Positions 1 through 10,146 of a stretch of 22,504 nt of DNA are shown one piece after another; the first letter of the stretch is position 1; each line of letters opens with the position of its first letter. The stretch spans positions 62,001 through 84,504 of the forward strand of contig CAJVPI010000020.1 in the NCBI GenBank assembly GCA_910592345.1, in the 5' to 3' direction. The notes below the pieces were generated by a model. That model ran no database searches. It was not told where the DNA came from and saw only the letters and a program-made list of their open reading frames with translations. The stretch comes from Paraglomus brasilianum (lineage: Eukaryota). The position numbers and the translations under genes are program-made.

Positions 1-199
1 CGAAAAAAGAAGTGACGTGGCTGCGCTCTGCCATAGTGGAATGATTTTCTAGAAACACTATTAAATTGGGTTAAAAGCTGTAAATTTCTAGACTTTATAA
101 TTAGTCGCATTAAACCCCATATACATATAGTAGAAGCGCTATTAAATTCTCGAGGGATTAAAAACTATAATTTTTCTAAACTTATGATTAATTACATTA

Positions 200-721
200 C
201 GCGTCATAATAGACTTTGCAATCTTGGCAAGTCCCCTCTTCTACGAATTTCCCTGGGTCTTGGTGTTCTATGTACTGCAAAAGTAACTTACATTGCTATA
301 ATGAAATTTTTCTCGTATGTATTGTCTTCATAACTATTATCAGAATTAGAAGTGCGAAAAGTATAAAATAGTAAATCCCCCATTGGCATGTACTAGCGAT
401 TAAAAACTGTAATTTTATACTAAAACTCTTCAAGATATACTTAGACAGCTCCCGTGAATAAATCAATATATGGAACATAGAATGAGGAATACCCTAATCC
501 GATTTATTGCTCAATAAAGAACTCGAAAACTCTACTCTTATTATAATGCACGTAATTATTCTAAATTAACAGTGAAGCGTCTATACGGCAAATCAATATT
601 GATAAAAGTGATAAAGACAATACATACGAGAAACCCTTCATTATAGCAACGTAAGTTATTTTGCGGTATATAGAACACCAAGACCCAGAGAAGAGGGGAT
701 TGCAAAGCCTATTATGACGTG
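200..721. repeat. Long imperfect inverted repeat (arms ~200-347 and ~595-721, ~250 bp spacer); MITE/foldback-like
   Basis: The reverse complement of 200-331 (ATGAAGACAATACATACGAGAAAAATTTCATTATAGCAATGTAAGTTACTTTTGCAGTACATAGAACACCAAGACCCAG...TTGCAAAGTCTATTATGACGCG) aligns to 611-721 with scattered substitutions and two 10-nt indels. No clear TSD. Confidence 0.85.
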
Positions 722-838
722 TTCAATAGAATGTATAATAAAGTTGATTACTATCATTTATTTACCAAATTCTCAAAAGAATTAATATTTCCCTTGTCAG
801 TGTTAGAAGATACACTAACCTGTCAAGTAGGCACCAGC

Positions 839-1350
839 GATCGCATCGTTGAAAAAGTCTTGCATTCTCTCGAAACCAACATTTTCCAAGAAATCGAATG
901 ATCGAATATTATGATGATACTTGGGAGGCTATCAATAATGCTCTTCGAAGTCCGCAAGCAGTTTGGCTTATTGGACTAGGGAGATGATCAAACAACATTG
1001 CAATTGTTTTAGAAGATTGACGCACATTTAGAACGTGGAGAAAACACGCTGAAATTCTACAGGTATGTAAACAATTGGTGAAGGATGCTGTAGATTGATA
1101 ATATCGTGAAAACGTTATTAACGAGGAAAAGAAGTTATGTCTTTTGGAATCTCTCAAGGTAGTTGATTTGGCAGAGCAGGTATTTGGAGTAAACCATGCT
1201 GGAGCCGACTTGTTGATGAGATCAGTGGGTGGCATCCGATAACCGGAAAAATAAACAATAGTATAAAACAAGCCTGTATCGAGCATCGGACACGGCGGTT
1301 GCAGGTGCAAAAAGTCTGCTCGTGCTCCCTACTGCTCCTGTCATACGTCT
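839..1350 (+). pseudogene. Possible decayed coding relic, product unknown
   Basis: DRIVEKVLHSLETNIFQEIE joins, through a short ATCGAAT duplication near 894-907, to a frame reading IEYYDDTWEAINNALRSPQAVW...ENVINEEKKLCLLESLKVVDLAEQVFG with several in-frame stops. No family recognised. Confidence 0.25.
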
Positions 1351-1658
1351 GTTAGTATTAGTAAAATCGACAACCTTACAATCAAGTTCAGTTAACACGG
1401 TGCAAGACTTGTTGCGATAGAATACTCCTAACGGGCGAAGAAACATTAAAGGATTGTTCTTTTGACAAATATACACGTCTCTGCCTAAATTTTACCTGAA
1501 ATTGATCTATTTTTAGCAGCTAATTCTAATATTCTATCGATTGTTCTTTAGTATACGTTTAGAATGTACTGAAGCGTTTCATCACTATTTCCGCACTGTT
1601 TTAGCGTGCTCGTATTACCAATGTTCGGAATGTTGCAATAGTGCTTGTACCCTGCAAT

Positions 1659-1686
1659 AGTGATTGTAGTGATTGTAGTGATCGTA
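1659..1686. repeat. Short tandem repeat (AGTGATTGT)x~3
   Basis: agtgattgt agtgattgt agtgatcgt read directly. Confidence 0.7.
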
Positions 1687-1744
1687 CCTCGCAACGCTAT
1701 CCCTCCTTCCGATAAATAAAGGAGAGAATACGCGAGCATCACAG

Positions 1745-2004
1745 CCTGCTATTTTTTTTTACCCACATTATCCATGCGGTCCTCAGACGGTGGATAATGC
1801 CTGGAAGTGTGAAGAAGAGATGTCATCAGACAGTGACCTTTTCAACACATCCTGTTTATTGGTTTAACCCTCAGGTGATCAGTTGGCAGAAGTGCAAGTA
1901 GAAAGACCTCACTTACCCTCAGGTGGTGAACTTTCTATTTGTAATGGTAAGCCACCAAGTTTTGTGTGGTCCTCAGACAGCAGACTGGTGGCAAATATAG
2001 AAGG
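1745..2004 (+). ncRNA. Candidate structured RNA: five tandem hairpins with a conserved C(C/A)UCAG cap
   Basis: Hairpins at 1766-1799, 1803-1852, 1852-1889, 1893-1943 and 1951-1992. Loops are CTCA/ATCA at 1782, 1825, 1870, 1918 and 1972, each closed by C-G. Possible closing stem 1745-1756/1993-2004. Transcription is not shown. Confidence 0.5.
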
Positions 2005-2280
2005 GAGAGTTATATGAGTCATGTGACTGTATTATTATAATTCTGTTATTTTATTATTAATATCGGTATCTAACTAGCACTAAAGTAAACATCATACTTT
2101 GTTGACGCAAGAACAATTACAATTGTGAGTGATGATATCAGCAGTCATATGCCATAGAAACATTTATTTTTAAATTAATTATTATTATAATAATATAAAT
2201 ATTACAATTACTCTTGAATGTAACGCAACTACAAAGGGGGAATTTTTCATATTGTGCAATAGTAACGGGGATTCAAAATC

Positions 2281-2415
2281 GGGTGACTGTGACTATAATT
2301 ATAATATGATTGTGACTGTAAAGGAGGTAAATCACTATGAAAATGACTGGGACTGGAACAGCCTGTATAGGAGGTGTGACTATATAGGAGGTGACTGTAG
2401 GGGAGGTTGACTGTA
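2281..2415. repeat. Degenerate GGAGGT/GTGACTGTA repeat cluster
   Basis: GTGACT at 2283, 2289, 2312, 2376 and 2391 (TTGACTGTA at 2407). GGAGGT at 2323, 2370, 2387 and 2402. Confidence 0.6.
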
Positions 2416-2598
2416 CTTGGGTCTTTGCTAGGATTTTTTATTTCTTAAAATAGATTTATTATGATTTTGTAAAATATTGTGTAACAATGGCTGATATAGC
2501 CAATCAGTATTACTCACAGGCAAGGTATATTTTTATTGGCCAGACCATATCATTTGTCGCTCGCGATCGTTTATAAATTTTCGCGTTACTCTTTTCTC

Positions 2599-2997
2599 TT
2601 GCCTAACACTGCTGCACTGGCAGAAAGATAGTACTTTGATAACAAGTTTTCCCCTGATTGAAGTCGAAGGAAATGCTTTTAGTATTTCTGTAGATCTAGA
2701 TCTGCCGAGAAGCCGAGAAACGCTCTTGTGTTTCGGTAGGTGGAACCCGAGAAACTGAGAAACACTTATTGTGTTTTGGTAGGTGGTGAGAATCCGAGAA
2801 ACATTTATGTTTCGGTAGGTGCACGGGGCCGGTGCCAAGAAGCCGAAAAAACATGTGCAATGCATGTTTCGTAGGCGGTGAGAATCCGAAAAAATATATT
2901 TCATAGGTTGACGATGCCTAAGAAGTATGTTTTGTAGGTGTATGGCTAAGGGGACTTGTTATCAAACGAACTCTTTTTTGACCATTGTTGTAGGCAA
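2599..2997. repeat. Palindromic-unit array (7 units, CCGAGAAAC-n-GTTTCGG-TAGGTG) inside imperfect terminal inverted repeats; MITE-like element or structured RNA
   Basis: Units start at ~2664, 2713, 2755, 2794, 2843, 2886 and 2917. TTTGATAACAAGT (2635-2647) pairs perfectly with 2954-2966, CCCCT pairs with AGGGG, and TTGCCTA (2599) pairs with TAGGCAA (2991). Confidence 0.8.
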
Positions 2998-3639
2998 AGT
3001 TTGTATATTTACTCTTCGTCTGTAAGGGTCAGTATGTGTGAAAATTTATAGTTAGGTGATTGAAGCCTACTAGGTGCTTTATTAATTTCTATTACGCTTT
3101 TTAATTACAAATCGAAGATGCAAATCATAAACAAGCAATCAATTATCTCCGCAATTACACTGGTCATCGCAAAAATTCTGAATTGGATTCCTGGACTGAG
3201 GATATTTGACGTAAAATAAGATAAGTTTTGCCATTGGTTTAATTTTATCGCATTATCCAAGAAAAAAAAATATGTCTCCTAAATAAGTTAGATGCGTCGC
3301 TCAAATTCAGACGAAACTTTATAATAACGGAGTACAAAAAAATCTGACGCTACAGTTATTACTAGGGTTTTCCAACCTTAACAACTCGTCGAATAGTATG
3401 GATTTTCGATCTCTCCCACATTAGTGATATACCATGAACGGTGCCAACTAGAACCAGAGAATTTTTTCGAAAGCAATGCAAGCATCTATTGGAAAGAGGA
3501 AGGTATATGTTGCATTTTGAATTTGTGGTGCGTTCCATTATAAATATTTCTTTGATTGCTTTACATTTCTTGTTTCTAACTACCTTTACTCTCAACCCCG
3601 AAGGAGCGATTCTGAAATATCATCCATTCTACCATCTAC

Positions 3640-4550
3640 CAAAGAACTCTATTGATTCCATGTCCTTAGAGAAGAATTCTGGCGATAATTCTGAAAACAT
3701 TTCTGATAACACATCTGACCCCAAAGTGACTGCCTCCAGCAATTCTGATATATGTCAAGAATTGAAAATCTCCGCATCTCATATCTCTGCAAAACCTAAA
3801 TCATTGGAAGAAAAAGAGATCAACAGTTTCTTATATGAGAAAAATAAAGAAAGTATTAGTAATACGATAAGAGAAAGGAACCGGGAAAAGAAGCTTAGAT
3901 CTCAAGACTTATCTTGCGAGAACAATAGTTTGTCGATAGAGACATCTAAAACGGTTGCTATAATAGATAAATCGTCTATAACAACTCGAGAACCCCTATC
4001 ACCTATTATCCAGACACAAAATACCACTCCCTCCAAAATAGCGGAAGCTAGTACGTCGATGCTAAAAATACCATATAACCAGAAAATCGAACAGGGTATA
4101 ATTCAAGAAGTAATCCTGTTTATTCAAAAAGAAAAGTCGCTTACCTTATCAGATGAAAAAACATCCCCATTTTGTGAGACTAATATTTCTGAAACTCGCG
4201 ATAACAATGTGGATAAAGACGGACGAGAGTTGGCCCAATGGTGGACACATATATTTCTACAGATTCGAAAAAATCATTCCAGAAGAATCAACTGAGGTAA
4301 GTATATCTACTGAATCTCCTGTTTCCGATTTACCAAAAATCAGATGAGTGAATCAGCACCCCCACCATATGAGAACAAACCCGACCTCCAATTTCTATTT
4401 TACCTGAAGATCCAAAAGAGAAACGAAAATGTGTAATTAAAATGGTATTGGAAAAGATTCCCGATTACTTTACTTGTTTAACAACATGTCGTAATAAAGT
4501 TCATAAAAAGAAAATTTAGAAGGTGGGTGGGGTAATAGTAATGGTGATTA
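3640..4550 (+). pseudogene. Frameshifted member of a high-copy, uncharacterised Glomeromycotina-type protein family (S/N/E/K-rich)
   Basis: ORF 3441-4295 has DNSENISDNTS...SNSDICQE...KSLEEKEINSFL...IRERNREKKL. Protein-like text continues in two other frames (ESTEVSISTE to 4347; RPPISILPEDPKEKRKCVIKMVLEKIP...CRNKVHK at 4379-4519). Family recognised from memory of AM-fungal hypothetical proteins, not from a search. Confidence 0.55.
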
Positions 4551-4804
4551 TGTCAATACAAGCACTTATCGCCTCAGATGCTGGGGAAATAAATATCAGA
4601 ATTCAATCCAAATAGTAAAGGTAGTGTCAGTGCTAGAAATGAGACTTTTTGCGCAAGTTGATTTCAATTTAGAGTAAAGTCTTATACGCAGTAAAAAGTA
4701 CATGATTGGACCCGCACTGTAACACGGGATTGGGCATATATTTAAATCGATATTGCGATTATGATATTAGGCCTTCACATCATATATTACTGTTCGATTG
4801 TCAG

Positions 4805-5572
4805 ATGGCTACTCAGACAGATTCTAATCCCACGTCTTCAACATCTACGGATCAAGCCAATTCAAAAAACGATGTGCCTTCGGCGACATCAACGTCCACT
4901 CGTCGAAGAGCAAAGAACCTGCTAAGAGATTATTATGGATTAGGGCCAGATGGAAAGAAGGCCGATCCGTTGGATATCGGTAAATAATCAAATTACAGTA
5001 AATGTTTTGGCAAGATCGATTAGATTGTTTAAGGTCTTTTTATTTTTGTTGTTGTTCAGATAATTCAGCATTTGAAGGGGATAGCTATTTCTCAAAGTTA
5101 CTTGTTGAGAATAACCTGAGTGCGTTGATGCAAAGAGATAATGATTTGTCTACTGGTAAGAGTTTATTATTTATTTTGCTTTGCATTCCAACGAACATCT
5201 TATAAAATGAATGTTCTAACGTTCAGAAACGAGGCAATTGGATGGTGATATGAAAACTTTGGTGTATGAGAATTACAGCAAATTTATCAGCGCCACAGAT
5301 ACAATTCGAAAGGTAATATGGCATCACAATGCATAGTGATTGTGGCAAAACAACAACAACAAAAAAAAAGACTAAAAGTCGTCTTTATTAACATAAAGAT
5401 GAAAAGCGATGTCGAGAAAATGGAATCAGAGATGCATGACTTGACTAAAAGCATGGCAAATATTTCCGAAGTCTGTTCGTCGGTGAATTCGGCACTTGGA
5501 CCCAAGCGCGAGAAGATCAGACAACTTACGAATATTCAAAACTCATTAAAGAGACATCAGCAGTCTTCTTGA
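4805..5572 (+). CDS. VPS51: Vps51 (GARP/EARP complex subunit), N-terminal Vps51/Vps67 domain only, 176 aa; possibly a truncated pseudogene
   Basis: Exons 4805-4979, 5060-5155, 5227-5312 and 5399-5572, all GT-AG and in phase. Product reads [14 protein letters not shown]...DPLDIDNSAF...[41 protein letters not shown], the Vps51 signature. Exon 3 is absent from the ORF track. Confidence 0.88.
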
Positions 5573-8500
5573 GCCTAGTTACGTAACAAAATTCAAGAGT
5601 ACGTTTATTCCCTCCTTGAATCGAATTTTCTGGATGTTCAGGATCAATTAGAAAGGAAGTATTATATCTGATGCGTAGACAAAACTATGAGACGCCGATA
5701 AATTGCGTTGGAGTGGGCGAATCGCGCACCGTGAAGGAACTGGCAGAATCTTGTAATTTAATTAGAACGCAATAGCCTCAAGGTTAATGTGTCAAACATG
5801 TACGTCGATAAACAATAGATACCTTCTGTTGTTATCTGGTTGATGAAAGCGACCTTTTAGACATAGACAACAATGAGCGATTAGACATTATTCAGTGTAA
5901 CTAGAAATAAACAACAACTCATACTTTTTTACTAAATGGAAGGTCTGGTTGCAGTGAGAATGCTTTTGTATCCGATACAATAGACATTCACTATTCATTT
6001 CTTAAAACCACGTGTTTGTTAAATCAACCATGTGCACGCATATGCTTGACTTTATAAATAAGTCAGTGCTATACGAACTATTTAATTATAGTGTTGGCTT
6101 GCTTAACATTACATAAAAGGCAAAAGTTAGAATGTTCTTAACCCGTTTCATGTGCTGGAATGCTAATAATGTGATAAACATGTGATCTGATTAAAAAACC
6201 TTGTGATTATTATTCCTGTTTACATTACAGCTAAATTGTATTGAAGATGAATTGAGGCATTGATACGTTAATAATATTGTATCGCTGTCAAAAATGTTAT
6301 TACTTTTTGACAGGTAACCAGCCGGCGACTCGTTCATTATGGCGACCAAATAACTATTTAGACTATTAATGCTAAGTATATTGTTAAGTTTTCATTGTAA
6401 AATAAATTGATGGATTTAGAAATTTCTTGTTAAATTATTAGCATAGTAAAGTAACTTTTTTTGAAATATGGTTTTAAAAAGTTTACTAGAATACATGTGG
6501 AGATATGAATTATTAAAATAGATTACTCTATTTAATGTTATTGTAATACTAAAAAGTTATACGCGATCGCCTGGAAGAGCGTTACGTTCAATTATTGACC
6601 GGTCTCAACTTAGCTCAACAGGTCCTTGCTAAGGTGCCCGTTTCAAATATATATTCCCTATTGCTGATTTCCAATAATAAAGTTTCATACTCGTATTGTC
6701 TTCGTTTACTCTTTTCCCAAATCGACAAGACAATTTGTCAATTACGTTATATTGTCTTGGGCAGCACGTAATCAATGTAACATAGTTGAGTGCGCGTAAA
6801 ACTTAATTTCTTTCCAGGACGATACTTACAAATATTTACAGGGCAACATGTTTATCAACTTTTTCTGTCTTGTCCATGATAGCACTCTCGAACGCGTCTT
6901 TAAGTGATAAGAATGGACGCGTAATACGGACAACCTCACATTATGGAAAGTGAATATTTATTAAGACTGACACCAAAGTTGATATCTCATCTATACTAGA
7001 GGGTAATAAACATAAACTGTCACCTTTAAAGACAATTTTTACAGCCTGCACTTTAGTTTGTCGTATTATATGATGGCAGAAATATACCACTACCAATAAT
7101 GTTGGTGATCAGACTTGGATTACAAATCGTGTCTAGCGAAATGTTCTGAAAATTAATCTGAGCTCTAAAATCAACCATATACATAATAATAGCCAGAGTA
7201 TAGATAGTTACAGCTAACATTTCTATTGCTTAATTTTATTGAGATACATATTAATGCTACAATATATATCACATTTCCTTTTATATTTGAATTATTACTT
7301 TAAATTAATTTATTTTTGGTAGAGCAGTTGAGTTATGAAAAAAGATTGTACAACCCTTTGATGAACAATTCATATCAATATGCTCGCGACATGGTTTTCA
7401 CTGAAAAGACGAAAAGAGAAAAAAAGGAAGGAAAAGCTAATTCATGATACTGGATGGAATAGAAAACCCGTGCACTAATGTGTTTTTGTCCTGGCTCACT
7501 TCCTTTTCTTTCAATACTTTAGGTAAAAAAGTGTGATTTGCATTTCCATAGCACTATTAATATTTTGTTTAGAATATTAAATCACATAATATAAATTCCG
7601 ATTTTGCAAGTAAAATTACGTTAAACATTATAGTTTTACTCAGTTCCTCAAATTGTTGTCTGTATGCTCAGCTCAATATTCAAACAATACGAATTTAGGC
7701 GTTACAACTATCTTCAGTGAAACGCAGATAATTTAATACTCAGATCACAATCTGTTACTTGGAGAATCGGCAAGTACTCTAAATGATTCTGATCGAGTTG
7801 AGCATTGTGTTGATTACCAGCACAAAATAATAGCTGTTGGTTTGTTGGTGTTGTAAAATCAATTATAAAAATAAACTATGTCAAAGATCTTTTTCTTTTT
7901 TTTCTAAATATAGTTCTGGCATTGGTGCAAGTTTGCCCAAAACATATATATGCAAGCCTGACATTAGATCTAGCTCGTTGTCAAAAATTTTACCTTTGAA
8001 TGTAAACTCCTCTTCTAGCCATCCTTTTGACATGCAAATGTTGATATATAAACATAATAGCCACATGAGAAAACAAATCATTAATATGAAACTTGTAAAA
8101 AAAAAAAGACTTAAGCAGAAAGGTTGAAATGTGTTCGTATCTTGAAGCTCTGATGGTAATGCAAGTAAAAAAAGTCAGCGTGAATGATTCCAATGAAAGA
8201 AACAATGCACAATGTTTATAGGATGCCATTATTTAAAGCTATTACTATACTAACAAAAAGTTGTCAGTGGGAGAGCGATTCGGCAAATGACCCTTTGAGA
8301 ATCCAACGAGACTGGCGTATCTAAATCCGCTAGCGACTTTTTTAACTAGGCTTTAATTTAATACTCACGATCTGTCTCGTATGCGAAAAATTCTCGATTA
8401 TCAATTAAACTGTAATGATTGTCTCTACTTCTATCGACAGGATTAGCTTCGATAGCCTGAGTCCGTCTACAGGGATGGAGCAGTAATAGGATCGAACTCA

Positions 8501-9224
8501 AATTTAATATAATAATAATTTGGTTAAATTGGATTTAACAAGGAAATAGTTTATCGCTTTTACTGAACGCAATAAAGATTGTGACCAAGTCTACCCCCCC
8601 TTCATTATATTTATGAGATGTTTAAAAACAATGCAAATGATCTACGAATCAACTGTCCGCGTTATCTACATACTTCATATGATTTTCGAGTTTACGGTAT
8701 ATCTATTACTAATTATTCAAGTAGTTGAGTGAATTTATGAGTAAAATATATAAATTTTACACATAATGGAATCACGCGTGCAATAGTTAAGAAGTCCATT
8801 ATAATTATAACAAATAATACATATTATTATGAAACTCGGGATATAATGGAATTCACGGGTTGTCTCTATTATGACGAGCTTCGCTGTACGCTACTGATGT
8901 GGAATCTGCGGTTTGCACGTCACAATCAATAGCAATGGCCAGGAAATAATATAGTCGAATTGATTATTATTCCAGAACAAAATACTGGTATATTATGATG
9001 AAAATAATATTGATAATGATAATAAAGTACAAGCGTTTGAAGATAATGTTAGCTAGCGGAAATTACATGCGTTTATACATTGCTACCGTTTCGCTAACTA
9101 ATGATCTAATTATAGGATATGCTAATCACAATTAAGTGTGAATCAATTAACTGCTGAGTCGAAGTTGCATTCATTTGTTTAATATAATTTATTTGCGATA
9201 CTTACACGGCTGGCACCTGTACTA

Positions 9225-9305
9225 ACACATCACATCACATCACATCACACAACACATCACACAACACATCACACAACACATCACATCACAACACAACACA
9301 ACACA
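9225..9305. repeat. Compound (CACAT)n/(CACAA)n microsatellite
   Basis: acacat cacat cacat cacat cacacaa cacat ... cacaa cacaa cacaa read directly. Confidence 0.95.
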
Positions 9306-10146
9306 CCATGCAATGGAACCTTGCTAGCATTTATACAACAGGTAAGCGAGCAATTATTGGAATTGTCACAAACATAATTTGCGATTAACACTTTTATGAC
9401 AGGGCACAAAGTCGGATCTTCTGTATTTTCATCGCCAAGTTAATGACGTTGATGTGGATAAAATGCTGTTTTGGTTGAATTATGTATGTCAACAAGTAAA
9501 AAGTTTGTAGCATAAAAATTTCATGAGCTTATGCTAAACTATTTGCTGCTGTGCATATCATTAGCGACTGACTCGAGGAAAGATTTTCCATTTCACATTT
9601 AGTGATCGGCAAGATAGTTAGCTTCGGTTTAAACTTTTTTGGTAGTGCGCTAATTTTAGCTCATGGCACCAAATTTGTTTTCCGCTCTTGCCTGCGCCAC
9701 TATTACTGCGCTTGGATATTCGGCCTTCCTTAATTGATTATTAGTATTAGGGGTAGATAAACACAATGATTGACACTCATAACGTTTATCCCCCGGTTGT
9801 TAAAATTAAATTATTACTATTATTCATTTATATCAACATGACGGACCATCGACAACTTCAATATTGAACCGTTGCTATAACCTGAACAAAGTCTTAAATA
9901 AATACCCGCGTCTGTCTGGATACATTAAAGACTGAGAGGCATTTAGAATAATAAACCATGTAACCATAATAATTGACTGTTTATACAATTAAAATGGTTA
10001 ATACAGATTACTGCGGACTGCGTTAGTGGTGTCGATCACTAGACATCACGGGACTGATTCAAAACTTTTAAACACGCCCTGTCCACTTCTAAACTGACCC
10101 AACCCAAGACTCTATTTTATTACCCCCCCTTTAATTGAAACTCTTT

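Noticed and set aside
901..1242. Mollicute endosymbiont gene read with TGA=Trp
   Set aside because: TAA stops also occur in frame and no product is recognisable; ordinary decay is simpler.
1766..1992. Hammerhead ribozymes on the - strand (CTGAGGA/CTGATGA cores)
   Set aside because: The CUGANGA matches sit inside hairpin caps, are not followed by stem II plus GAAA, and two of five read CUGAGGG. G·U bias favours the + strand.
2664..2940. CRISPR array
   Set aside because: Eukaryotic locus with no cas genes. The variable parts are short hairpin loops or recurring linkers, not unique constant-length spacers.
6285..6313. Perfect 10-bp inverted repeat CTGTCAAAAA/TTTTTGACAG
   Set aside because: Isolated, half poly-A/T, with no Helitron CTRR end; plausible by chance in AT-rich DNA.
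6601..6650. tRNA-like A/B-box fragments (also near 9655 and 21865)
   Set aside because: No cloverleaf or acceptor stem could be drawn.
7837..8229. Overlapping short ORFs on both strands
   Set aside because: No recognisable motif or convincing splice structure; they span poly-A/T runs.
8448..8496. Single interrupted hairpin TTCGAT...TCCGTCT/GGATGGA...ATCGAA
   Set aside because: One copy, large internal loops, no ribozyme core and no covariation support.
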